Positions 7,430 to 16,083 of a stretch of 25,728 nucleotides of DNA are shown here, in pieces. A program made the translations under genes and the position numbers. Within the stretch, counting starts at the first letter, position 1; each line of letters opens with the position of its first letter. The stretch spans positions 1-25,728 of the forward strand of contig JBBIPC010000031.1 in NCBI GenBank assembly GCA_037443035.1. The letters are read 5' to 3'. The notes below the pieces were generated by a model, which worked only from the letters and a program-made list of their open reading frames with translations, made no database searches and was not told where the DNA came from. The stretch is from Chthonomonadales bacterium (GTDB lineage Bacteria > Armatimonadota > Chthonomonadetes > Chthonomonadales > CAJBBX01).

Positions 7430-8985
7430 CACGTCTCCTCCGCTACAACTTCCGCGTACTCATGTTCGGCCATTGGTGGCTGCTCGTTTTCCCGATTGCG
7501 GCCAGCCAGCTCATGGTATTCTGGAACCTGGTCACTCTCCGGTTCGAGGAGCCGTTGCCCTCCCACTCTGTCGAGACCGTTCCTCCGCTGCTTGCGGCCT
7601 TCCTGTGCGCCCATGTCCTGTCTGCCGAGTACCGAAGTGGGGTCGGCGCAATTCTGGCCTCGAAACCAGTGGACATCGGCAAGGTGGTGGCTTTCCGCAT
7701 GGCGGTAGTGCTCGTGCTGGTCTGGGCGCTGGCACTCCTATCGCTGACGGCGTTCTACTATGGCTGGGAGCCCTATCCCATCTGGCCTGCGTGGCTTGCC
7801 TGTCTGCCGTCTACGGTGTTTTTGGGCCTCCTGGCATTGGCATTCGCGACGTTGTTCCGCAACGCTTGGGCGGGGTTCGGGGTCGCCGCCATCTGGTGGG
7901 CCATGGACCGGGCACCAGGCGTGCTGATCAACCCCTTCCTATCGCTTCGCAGCGTATCAGCCTCCATGGTGAACGAGACGACGCATCAGATGCTGGTCTT
8001 TACGCGATACGCCTGGGAGCCGAAGTTCGTCCTTCTTGCTCTCAGCGTGCTGCTCTACCTGTGGCATCGGCGCCTCATCTTCACCTTGGGGTCACGGAGT
8101 GCGAGCCGACTGCGCAGACGTGGGGTGGTTCTGGCGCTCCTCGTGCCCGTGGTCTACGCGGGAAGCGGCGCATCTTTCAAGGTCGCATACCTGTACACGC
8201 ACCGAGGACGCCTGCTGCCGGACGACACGGCATGGATACGTACGCAGCTCGCACCGTTCGGACCAGTTCCGGTTGCGTGGGCTTTCGGGCCGGTCTTCGC
8301 AGCCTATGTCGGCGAGATACCGAACACCTGGCGACTCCAGGCTGGCGATGAGGCTGACGTCTACGGCGACACAGCGAAGCACCGAGGGGACATTGCCCGG
8401 ATCGTTCAACGTGGCACCCGCAGCATCTGGGGGTCCAATGTTGTCGAGTTGTACGCACGCCTGGAGAGCCAGAAAGCACCGACGCCGGAGCAGCGAATCA
8501 GCCTGCTGCGGCTCATTGTCGAGCGCTATCCCAACGGACCTCATGCGGCTGGTGCCTACGTGCGCATTGCAAGGGAGAACGTGGAGGCAGGACGTCCCGA
8601 CGAGGCCCGCCAGTCCTGTGAGAAGGCCCTGACCGTGCCCCACACCTCGCGAGAGGCATCGGACGCACTACGGATACTGACGAGCATTTACCGAGCTGCC
8701 GGGCGCACCGAGGAAGCGATCGCAGCCGCCCGGCGGTGGTTCGCGGTGGCAGACGCGCGTCAGAAGTTCAAGGCAGGGGAGGTGCTGTTCGGCCTCTTGG
8801 ACCATTCCGGGCGGACCGAGGAAGCTCGTCAAGCGGCAGCAGAGACGCTGGAAGCCATTCGCCTCTTCCGACGAGCGGTGGCCGCCAGTGGTCAGGCCAG
8901 AACTGCCGGCACCGACACGCCCCTCCTGCGGGATGCCGATGCACTGGAAGGGCGGCTCCGGGCGTACCTCGGGGGTCGCCGCTGA
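7426..8985 (+). CDS. ABC-2 type permease fused to a C-terminal TPR domain
   Basis: About 7 TM segments with the motif LSAEYRSGVGAILASKPVDIGKVVAFR. TPR-like helices IVERYPNGPHAAGAYVRIARENVEAGRPDEARQSCEKAL and ASDALRILTSIYRAAGRTEEAIAAARR. ATGA overlap with the previous gene. Confidence 0.8.
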   Translation: MTRLLRYNFRVLMFGHWWLLVFPIAASQLMVFWNLVTLRFEEPLPSHSVETVPPLLAAFLCAHVLSAEYRSGVGAILASKPVDIGKVVAFRMAVVLVLVWALALLSLTAFYYGWEPYPIWPAWLACLPSTVFLGLLALAFATLFRNAWAGFGVAAIWWAMDRAPGVLINPFLSLRSVSASMVNETTHQMLVFTRYAWEPKFVLLALSVLLYLWHRRLIFTLGSRSASRLRRRGVVLALLVPVVYAGSGASFKVAYLYTHRGRLLPDDTAWIRTQLAPFGPVPVAWAFGPVFAAYVGEIPNTWRLQAGDEADVYGDTAKHRGDIARIVQRGTRSIWGSNVVELYARLESQKAPTPEQRISLLRLIVERYPNGPHAAGAYVRIARENVEAGRPDEARQSCEKALTVPHTSREASDALRILTSIYRAAGRTEEAIAAARRWFAVADARQKFKAGEVLFGLLDHSGRTEEARQAAAETLEAIRLFRRAVAASGQARTAGTDTPLLRDADALEGRLRAYLGGRR

Positions 8986-9081
8986 AAGGTTGCTGCTTGT
9001 CGGGCTGCTACGTACGGAACCGTTTCGCAGAAGCGAAGTAGGCACACTGGTTGCCATCAGCGCCGAGGGGAGGCAGGTCGG

Positions 9082-9110
9082 TTGCACTGGCTTGTGCCGT
9101 GTGATACAAT
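9082..9110 (+). promoter_or_regulatory. Sigma70-type promoter with extended -10
   Basis: TTGCAC (9082-9087), 17-nt spacer, TACAAT (9105-9110), with TG at 9102-9103. Lies 50 nt upstream of the SD (GAAGGAG)-led TTG start at 9161. Confidence 0.7.
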
Positions 9111-9160
9111 CCCGGCGAATGCAGAGGCGCTGTCGGCGCCGGTAGCAGAAGGAGTCACCA

Positions 9161-10243
9161 TTGGCCAAGAAGACGAAGAAGTCCGACAAAGTACGCGTCG
9201 GTATCGTGGGCGTGGGAATTGGCAGCTACCATGCTCATGGCTACAGCAAGCTGCCCAACGTTGAGATCGCGGCGCTCTGTGACATCGATGTGGACCGTCT
9301 GAAGCGCACGGCGGAACGGTTTGGCGTGAAGAAGGTCTACACCGACTACGAGATTATGCTCGCCGAGGAAGAGCTTGACGCCGTGTCGGTATGTACCCCG
9401 AACGTCCTCCATGCGCCGGTCGCCATCGCGGCTCTCGAGGCCGGTTGCCACGTGCTCTGTGAGAAACCTCTGTCCGTGAATGCCGAAGAAGGCGCCAAGA
9501 TCGTCGCGGCCGCCAGGAAGGCAAAGGGGAAGTTCATGATCGGCATGAACAACCGCTTCCGCGGCGACACGCAAGTGCTGAAGAAGTACATCGAAGCTGG
9601 CGACCTAGGAGGGATTTACTACGCGAAGTGCGGCTGGATTCGACGCAACGGCGTGCCGGGTATGGGGAGCTGGTTTACGCGCAAGGAGATGGCAGGCGGC
9701 GGCCCGCTGGTGGACATTGGGGTTCATGCTCTGGACGTCACGCTGTACCTCATGGGCAACCCGAAGCCTGTCAGTGCCTACGGCGCTACGTATGCCAAGT
9801 TCGGTCCATTCGGTAAGGGTACTGGGCAGTGGGGTACAGCCGTGAAGGGCGGCGAGTTCACCGTGGAGGATCTGGCCTGCGGTATGGTTCGGTTCGAGAA
9901 CGGTGCCACGCTGGTGCTGGAAGCGTCATGGGCGCAGCACTGTGCGGAGGAGAAACTCTATAGCGAAGTCTACGGTGATCGGGGAGGCGCAACACTGGAA
10001 CCACTTCGCATCTTCACCGAAGCCCACGGCCGACCTGTGGACATCACACCGAGCTTCCCCAACATCAGCGGGCACGAGGCCGAGATCGCGCACTTTGTCG
10101 AGTGCATTGTCGCTAATAAGCAACCGCTGGCGACAGCGGACCAGGCGTTGGACGTCATGAGAATCCTGGACGGCATCTACCGTTCTGCGCAGACCGGCGA
10201 GTCTGTAGCGCTGAGCGGCGCATCCGCCAGGACCACCAGGTAA
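9161..10243 (+). CDS. Gfo/Idh/MocA family NAD(P)-dependent oxidoreductase
   Basis: Rossmann motif VRVGIVGVGIG, VSVCTPNVLH, CEKP and GGGPLVDIGVHALD (D-x3-H). TTG start with SD GAAGGAG. Confidence 0.93.
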   Translation: MAKKTKKSDKVRVGIVGVGIGSYHAHGYSKLPNVEIAALCDIDVDRLKRTAERFGVKKVYTDYEIMLAEEELDAVSVCTPNVLHAPVAIAALEAGCHVLCEKPLSVNAEEGAKIVAAARKAKGKFMIGMNNRFRGDTQVLKKYIEAGDLGGIYYAKCGWIRRNGVPGMGSWFTRKEMAGGGPLVDIGVHALDVTLYLMGNPKPVSAYGATYAKFGPFGKGTGQWGTAVKGGEFTVEDLACGMVRFENGATLVLEASWAQHCAEEKLYSEVYGDRGGATLEPLRIFTEAHGRPVDITPSFPNISGHEAEIAHFVECIVANKQPLATADQALDVMRILDGIYRSAQTGESVALSGASARTTR

Positions 10244-10267
10244 CACTGCCACAGTGGAGGAGCAAAC

Positions 10268-11275
10268 ATGGCACGACCCGTCACACTCGTAACCGGCCAG
10301 TGGGCCGACCTCACTCTTTCAGTGCTGGCCGAGAAGGCCGCCAAGTTCGGCTACGACGGCCTGGAGCTGGCATGTTGGGGAGATCACTTCGACGTCGCCG
10401 CGGCGGCAGGACCCGACGGTGCAGCGTATTGCCGGTCCCGTCATGAAATCCTTGCCAAGAACGGACTCAAGACCTGGGCTATCGCGGCGCACCTGGTCGG
10501 GCAATGCGTTCTGGATCGCATCGATGTCCGCCATGCCGCCATCCTGCCTCCAAGGGTGTATGGCGACGGCGATCCGGAGGGTGTCAACAAGCGCGCCATC
10601 GAGGAGATGAAGCAGACCGCCAAAGCTGCGAAGAACCTCGGCGTCCAAATCGTCAATGGGTTCACAGGCTCTTCGATCTGGCACTTGCTCTACTCCTTCC
10701 CACCGAACCTGCCGTCCCAGATTGACGATGGCTACGCTCTCCTCAAAGAGCGGTGGACGCCCATTCTCGACGTCTTCGCGGAGAACGGCGTCAAGTTCGC
10801 GCTAGAAGTCCACCCCACCGAAATCGCTTTCGACATCGTCAGTGCCAAGCGCACGCTCGAAGCGCTGAACTACCACCCCGCGTTCGGCTTCAACTACGAC
10901 CCGAGCCATCTGGGCTACCAGGGCGTTGACTACGTGAAGTTCCTCTACGAATTCTCTGATCGCATCTTCCACGTGCACATGAAAGACGTGTACTGGTCGC
11001 CCGTGCCCAAGCGTATCGGGGTGTTCGGCGGTCACGTGAACTTCGGCGATCCGGAACGGTTCTGGGACTTCCGCTCGCTGGGACGGGGATGCATCAACTT
11101 CGAGGAGATCATCCGCGCCCTCAACAACATCAACTATCAGGGGCCCCTCTCCGTCGAGTGGGAGGACAGCGGCATGGACCGCGAGCATGGTGCCGCCGAG
11201 GCCTGCGCGTTCGTGCGGAAGCTGGACTTCAAGCGGTCAGAGGTGGCCTTCGACGCAGCATTCGAGAAGAAGTAA
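10268..11275 (+). CDS. Sugar phosphate isomerase/epimerase family TIM-barrel protein (xylose-isomerase-like, IolE-like)
   Basis: [13 protein letters not shown] and metal-ligand motifs ALEVHP, NYDPSH, HVHMKD and SVEWED. SD GGAGGAG. Confidence 0.9.
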   Translation: MARPVTLVTGQWADLTLSVLAEKAAKFGYDGLELACWGDHFDVAAAAGPDGAAYCRSRHEILAKNGLKTWAIAAHLVGQCVLDRIDVRHAAILPPRVYGDGDPEGVNKRAIEEMKQTAKAAKNLGVQIVNGFTGSSIWHLLYSFPPNLPSQIDDGYALLKERWTPILDVFAENGVKFALEVHPTEIAFDIVSAKRTLEALNYHPAFGFNYDPSHLGYQGVDYVKFLYEFSDRIFHVHMKDVYWSPVPKRIGVFGGHVNFGDPERFWDFRSLGRGCINFEEIIRALNNINYQGPLSVEWEDSGMDREHGAAEACAFVRKLDFKRSEVAFDAAFEKK

Positions 11276-11302
11276 TCCGGTCTGCTCCTGTTAGCCGGTT
11301 GC

Positions 11303-11365
11303 GTAAGTCCGGTGCCGACCTGCCCATCCGGATGCCGCGGTTGGGCAGGTCGGCTCGCGACCTAT
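11303..11365. repeat. Long imperfect inverted repeat (REPIN-like doublet or stable hairpin) between the sugar genes and purB
   Basis: Perfect 13-bp arms GCCGACCTGCCCA (11314-11326) and TGGGCAGGTCGGC (11342-11354), extending to 24-nt arms with 19/24 identity. No U-tract. Confidence 0.7.
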
Positions 11366-11397
11366 AGGGTGGTTGGCCGGAGAAGAGGGGTGTACCC

Positions 11398-12690
11398 ATG
11401 ATTGACCGCTACACCACGCCGGAAATGCGCCAACTCTGGAGCATGGAGGCGAGAACACAACGCTGGCTCGATGTGGAGATCGCCGTCTGCGAAGCTCTGG
11501 AGAACCACGGCCACATTCCAGCTGGGACTGCGCAGGTGATTCGCTCCAGGGCGCGTTTCGACCTGGCGCGCATGGCGGAGATAGAGAAAGAGACCCGTCA
11601 TGACGTCATGGCCTTCGTCAAGAACGTGCAGGAGTATCTGGGCGAAGAGGGGCGGTTCCTCCACTTCGGGATCACCTCCTACGATGTCGTGGACACGGCG
11701 CTGGGCATGGCGCTCCGCGACGCCACGGATATCATCCTGCGTCGGGCCGAGATCCTCCGGCAGATCATCCTGCGGCGTGCACGAGAGCACAAGGAAACGC
11801 TAGAGATCGGTCGTACGCACGGTATCCATGCCGAGCCCATCACCTTCGGCTTCAAGCTGGCAGGTTGGCTCGATGAGATGAACCGGAACATCGAGCGCCT
11901 TCAGGCCGCGCGAAAGGCCGTCGCCGTCGGTAAGGTCTCCGGGGCCGTGGGAACGCACGCGAACATAGACCCTTCCGTGGAAGAACAGGTCTGCCGTACG
12001 CTCGGTCTAGAGGTCGCGACGTTCTCGACCCAGATCGTCACACGCGACCGCCATGCCCAGCTCCTGTGTGCATTAGCTATCCTGGGAGGCTCGCTGGAGA
12101 GGTTCGCTACGGAAGTGAGGAACCTGGCACGCACGGAGTTACTCGAAGTCCAGGAACACTTCGCACGTGGTCAGAAGGGCTCTTCGGCCATGCCACACAA
12201 GCGGAACCCCTGGAACTGCGAGACCGTGACAGGCCTGGCGCGTGTGCTGCGCGGACTTCTGATCCCCATGCTGGAGAGCATGACGACCTGGCACGAACGC
12301 GACCTTGCCAACTCGTCGGTGGAGCGGATCGTTCTGCCCGATGCCTGCGCACTGGCGGATTGGATGCTCTGGAAGTTCGCGGATATCCTGGACCACCTCG
12401 TCGTCTATCCCGACAGAATGGCTCGGAATCTGGAGCTCATGGGAGGGCTGGTCAGCTCCGAACAGGTCATGCTCGCGCTCATCCGTGCGGGCCTTCCCCG
12501 GGAGGAGGCATACGCCGTCGCTCAGCGGAACGCGGCCCGCACATGGGACGAGGGCATGGACTTCCGGCAAGCCGTCCGGGAGGATCCCGTGGTCCAGCAG
12601 AAGCTCACGCCGGAACAGGTGGACCAGTGTTTCGATGTGCGATATCACCTGAAACACCTGCAACACACCTTCGAGAAACTCGGCATCTAG
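11398..12690 (+). CDS. purB: Adenylosuccinate lyase
   Basis: MIDRY N-terminus, RHDVMAF, HFGITSYDVVDT, GRTHGIHAEP, the fumarase-superfamily signature GSSAMPHKRNP and WHERD. 430 aa. Confidence 0.98.
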   Translation: MIDRYTTPEMRQLWSMEARTQRWLDVEIAVCEALENHGHIPAGTAQVIRSRARFDLARMAEIEKETRHDVMAFVKNVQEYLGEEGRFLHFGITSYDVVDTALGMALRDATDIILRRAEILRQIILRRAREHKETLEIGRTHGIHAEPITFGFKLAGWLDEMNRNIERLQAARKAVAVGKVSGAVGTHANIDPSVEEQVCRTLGLEVATFSTQIVTRDRHAQLLCALAILGGSLERFATEVRNLARTELLEVQEHFARGQKGSSAMPHKRNPWNCETVTGLARVLRGLLIPMLESMTTWHERDLANSSVERIVLPDACALADWMLWKFADILDHLVVYPDRMARNLELMGGLVSSEQVMLALIRAGLPREEAYAVAQRNAARTWDEGMDFRQAVREDPVVQQKLTPEQVDQCFDVRYHLKHLQHTFEKLGI

Positions 12691-12701
12691 ACGTCCAGGC
12701 C

Positions 12702-14408
12702 ATGGCTGATCGAGCGGAGAGGCGGTGGCTGTGGTCCGTGGCGATGGCCCTCACGGCTGTCACGTTTCTGCCCTACCTGTTCGATCGGTCGCTCCAGGGT
12801 GCTTCGCCTCTTTACGGATGGTATTCGTGGTATGCGTTCAACGTAACCGACAACTGCGTCTACCTGAGCTGGATGCGCCAGTACGCCGATGGCGCGTGGT
12901 TTCATAGGAATCTCTTCACTACTCTCCACCAGTCCGGACACCAGATCAACCTCCTTTTCTTGCTCCTGGGTAGGCTCGGAGGGTGGACGGGGTTGCCCCT
13001 GATCTTGCTGTACCACGCGGCCCGAGCCGTCGCGTCGCTTGCGGTTCTTCTGCTTGTTTGGAGGCTGGCCGGCCTGGTGGGATTCACGGGTCCAGGAAGG
13101 CGCATCGCATGGTCCGTGGTGGCTGTGAGCGCTGGCCTTGGTTGGGTCCCGGGCCTCTGGGAGCGAGCATTCGCCGGCCCCGTAGATACCTGGCAACCAG
13201 AGGCCGTGACTTTCCTGAGCCTGTACCTGTTTCCGTTGTTCGGTGTGTCGCTGGCGCTCGTGCTTGGGATTCTCGTGAATCTACTGGAAGCGGAGCGCCG
13301 CCGAAGCACTCGCCATGCAATCTATGCCGGTCTATGTGGATTCGTGCTCGGCAACATCCATACGTACGACATTATCACCGTCTCTGGCGTCTGGGTTGGG
13401 TTCCTCGCTGTCGAACTGGCGAGGAGTCGCCGCTGTCGGAGGGACGAGTTTGGGCCTGACAGAGGCACCTTCGCGAGAATGCTTGTAGCCGGGCTGCCTC
13501 CTGCCGTCTCGGCGGGCCACATGTTCTGGGTCTACAAGACCGAGACGGTATTTGCTCAGCGGGTTGCGGTGCCGACACTGACACCCAGTCTAGTGTGGGT
13601 CCTCCTGGGGTTCGGCCTTCTGGTTCCACTGGCAGTTGTGGGCATCATCTCGGCCCTTCGTAGCTCAGAAAGTGGTGAGTACGTCGCTACGGATGGGCCG
13701 CTCTTCCTCCTCGTTTGGGCAGTGGTGAACATCGGCATGGCCTACGCTCCGGTGAGCTTCCAGCGCAAACTGCTCATGGGGGCACACATCCCGGTCGCAC
13801 TTCTGGCTGGCTGGGGAATGGCAACCATCGCCCGCGAACTGCGAGGCATGTGGCGGCCGTTGCTGCTCGCTGTGGGGTTGATCGTCATGTCGCTGACGAA
13901 CATACGCTTCATGTTGCGTGACAGAGGTGGCCTCAGGCACGGTGGGGAGACTGTACGGGCATTCTTGCTCGCTGGTGAACGGTCGGCTATCGATTGGTTG
14001 CGCCGGAACGCTGAACCTGGCTCCGTTGTCCAGCCGCTTCCGTGGTTGGCCGTGGGACCGGACGGCAGAGCGGGTTTCGTGGATACAACAGTTGCCTGCT
14101 TCGTGCCTGGGCTGACGGGTCATGCCGTGAATGCGGGACACTGGGGCGAGACACCGGATTTCGGGCACGCCATGGGCAGGTGGCTGAGGTTCCTGATGCC
14201 GGATACCCCCGACAACTGGCGCAAGCAGCTTCTGCAGGAAACGGGCGTCCGCTACGTCGTGTTCAGCCAGAAGCGGGCGGAAGCCAGGGATACAGCCGCA
14301 GACGCGCTGCTAGGGGCGTCATCAGTGCCATCCCGCGTTCCCTACCTCCGCCGTATCGAGCAGGCCTCCAGCGAGGACGCCGACGTGTACGAGGTCGTGG
14401 GTTTGTAA
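12702..14408 (+). CDS. Polytopic membrane protein, putative GT-C-fold glycosyltransferase
   Basis: About 11-13 hydrophobic segments. The first external loop carries an Asp motif (FNVTDNCVYLSWMRQ). Also IHTYDII, FQRK and a soluble C-terminal domain (AIDWLRRN..GHWGETPDF..GVRYVVF). Start re-placed at ATG 12702, 11 nt after the purB stop. The CDS is solid; the function is inferred. Confidence 0.65.
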   Translation: MADRAERRWLWSVAMALTAVTFLPYLFDRSLQGASPLYGWYSWYAFNVTDNCVYLSWMRQYADGAWFHRNLFTTLHQSGHQINLLFLLLGRLGGWTGLPLILLYHAARAVASLAVLLLVWRLAGLVGFTGPGRRIAWSVVAVSAGLGWVPGLWERAFAGPVDTWQPEAVTFLSLYLFPLFGVSLALVLGILVNLLEAERRRSTRHAIYAGLCGFVLGNIHTYDIITVSGVWVGFLAVELARSRRCRRDEFGPDRGTFARMLVAGLPPAVSAGHMFWVYKTETVFAQRVAVPTLTPSLVWVLLGFGLLVPLAVVGIISALRSSESGEYVATDGPLFLLVWAVVNIGMAYAPVSFQRKLLMGAHIPVALLAGWGMATIARELRGMWRPLLLAVGLIVMSLTNIRFMLRDRGGLRHGGETVRAFLLAGERSAIDWLRRNAEPGSVVQPLPWLAVGPDGRAGFVDTTVACFVPGLTGHAVNAGHWGETPDFGHAMGRWLRFLMPDTPDNWRKQLLQETGVRYVVFSQKRAEARDTAADALLGASSVPSRVPYLRRIEQASSEDADVYEVVGL

Positions 14409-14463
14409 GAGGATGAGCCACGCACGGCACCGTCCAACTACTCGTGGCAGGAAAGGATGAGCC

Positions 14464-16041
14464 ATGAAACAGACGAATCGGATGGTACGCCATACCGCGC
14501 TTGCCATTTTCATTGCGTTGGCAACAGCACCCTACGTCGCGGCTGCCCAGGCGACCCAGGTCGCCCGCGGCGTCGTTTTCGAAGACCGCAACGGCAATGG
14601 TGTGCGCGATGCCAACGAGCCAGGCATTCGTGGCGTGCGCGTATCCAATCAGCGGCAAGTCGTTCTCACCGATTCTAGGGGCAGGTACGAGCTACCCGTC
14701 ACGGACGACACCATTCTCTTCGTCATCAAGCCACGCGGCTGGGCAGCGCCGGTGGATGAGAACGGCCTGGCCAGGTTCTACTACATCCACAAACCTGCCG
14801 GATCGCCGAAGCTCCAGTACGAAGGCGTGCTGCCCAGCGGACCACTACCGGAATCCGTGGACTTCCCGCTGCACAGACAGAAGGAGCCTAATCGCTTCCG
14901 AGTGCTGGTCTTCGGGGATACGCAACCACGCGACCAGACCGAGATAGATTACATCGCGCACGACGTCGTAGAAGGGCTCGTCGGCTTCGATGCGGCCTTC
15001 GGAATCACGTTGGGTGACATCGTCTTCAATGACCTGTCGCTCATGGAAAGCATGAAGCGGACCATCGGTCAGATAGGTCTGCCGTGGGTGTACATCGGAG
15101 GGAATCACGATATGAACCACGACGCACCCAGTGACATGCTGTCGGACGAGACCTTCGAGCGGCACTTCGGGCCTCCCTATTACTCTTTCGACTACGGACC
15201 TGTCCACTTCGTTGTGCTGGAGGACATCCACTGGCGACCAAAGACCGAAGCCGCGGCCGCCGGTTACTCCGCGGGGCTAGGCGAGAAGCAGTTGGAGTTC
15301 CTGAGGAATGATCTGTCCCTCGTTCCAAGGGCTACGCTCGTCGTGCTCATGATGCATATCCCGCTGGAGGCGGTCGCCGAACGGCAGGAGGTCTACCGCC
15401 TGTTGGCATCGCGCCCGCACACGTTCTCCATGTCGGCCCACACCCACACCCAGGAGCACCGTTTCATCGGCAAGGAAGCAGGATGGCAAGGCTCGCAGCC
15501 CCATCATCATTTCATCAGCGGGACGGTATGTGGAAGCTGGTGGTCGGGAGCACCAGACGAGCTAGGCATACCCCACGCGACCATGAGCGATGGTACACCG
15601 AACGGCTACTCCATCCTCACCTTCGACGGCACGAAGTACGCCCTCGAGTTCCGTGCTGCAAGACGACCAGCCGACTACCAGATGAACATCTGCGCGCCCG
15701 AGGAAGTTGCGGCGGGAGACGCCGCCAGTACGGATGTTCTCGTGAATGTCTTCGCTGGTTCGTCGCGATCCAAGGTAGAGATGCGAGTGGGACAGAACGG
15801 GCCGTGGGTAGCCATGGACCAGGTGCGTGTGCAGGACCCGGCCTATGTGACCCTGAAGGAGCAGGAGAAGGGGCCGAAGCCGCCGCCAGGTCGGACGCTG
15901 CCAGGGGCTTCCGTGTCGTCCCACGTCTGGCGTGGCAAGCTGCCCCCAGGTCTGACGCCCGGTACCCATGCGATCAGCGTACGAACGACCGACATGTTCG
16001 GGAAGACGTACGAGGCTAGAAGGGTGATCCGCGTTCGGTAG
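14464..16041 (+). CDS. Secreted calcineurin-like metallophosphoesterase with N- and C-terminal accessory domains
   Basis: Signal peptide (…ALAIFIALATAPYVAAA). N-domain VFEDRNGNGVRDANEPGIRGVRVSN. Catalytic motifs FGDTQ, LGDIV, GGNHD, MHIP and SAHTH. C-terminal CGSWWSG..DGTPNGY. Confidence 0.9.
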   Translation: MKQTNRMVRHTALAIFIALATAPYVAAAQATQVARGVVFEDRNGNGVRDANEPGIRGVRVSNQRQVVLTDSRGRYELPVTDDTILFVIKPRGWAAPVDENGLARFYYIHKPAGSPKLQYEGVLPSGPLPESVDFPLHRQKEPNRFRVLVFGDTQPRDQTEIDYIAHDVVEGLVGFDAAFGITLGDIVFNDLSLMESMKRTIGQIGLPWVYIGGNHDMNHDAPSDMLSDETFERHFGPPYYSFDYGPVHFVVLEDIHWRPKTEAAAAGYSAGLGEKQLEFLRNDLSLVPRATLVVLMMHIPLEAVAERQEVYRLLASRPHTFSMSAHTHTQEHRFIGKEAGWQGSQPHHHFISGTVCGSWWSGAPDELGIPHATMSDGTPNGYSILTFDGTKYALEFRAARRPADYQMNICAPEEVAAGDAASTDVLVNVFAGSSRSKVEMRVGQNGPWVAMDQVRVQDPAYVTLKEQEKGPKPPPGRTLPGASVSSHVWRGKLPPGLTPGTHAISVRTTDMFGKTYEARRVIRVR

Positions 16042-16083
16042 GCCCGGACCGGACAGCTTCCTCTGCGAAAGGAACACACTTCG

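Noticed and set aside
8986..9060. Terminator or REP after the ABC operon
   Set aside because: Only 4-5 bp stems (TTCGC/GCGAA; GGCA/TGCC) with no U-tract.
11276..11397. Purine, ZTP or PRPP riboswitch upstream of purB
   Set aside because: I could not find the conserved cores by eye, and the structure is explained by one inverted repeat. An Rfam scan would be decisive.
12066..12701. N-terminal 212 codons of the supplied 780-aa ORF, overlapping purB in another frame
   Set aside because: Low-complexity Arg/Gly/Pro off-frame translation lying over a conserved purB. The membrane-protein sequence begins at ATG 12702.
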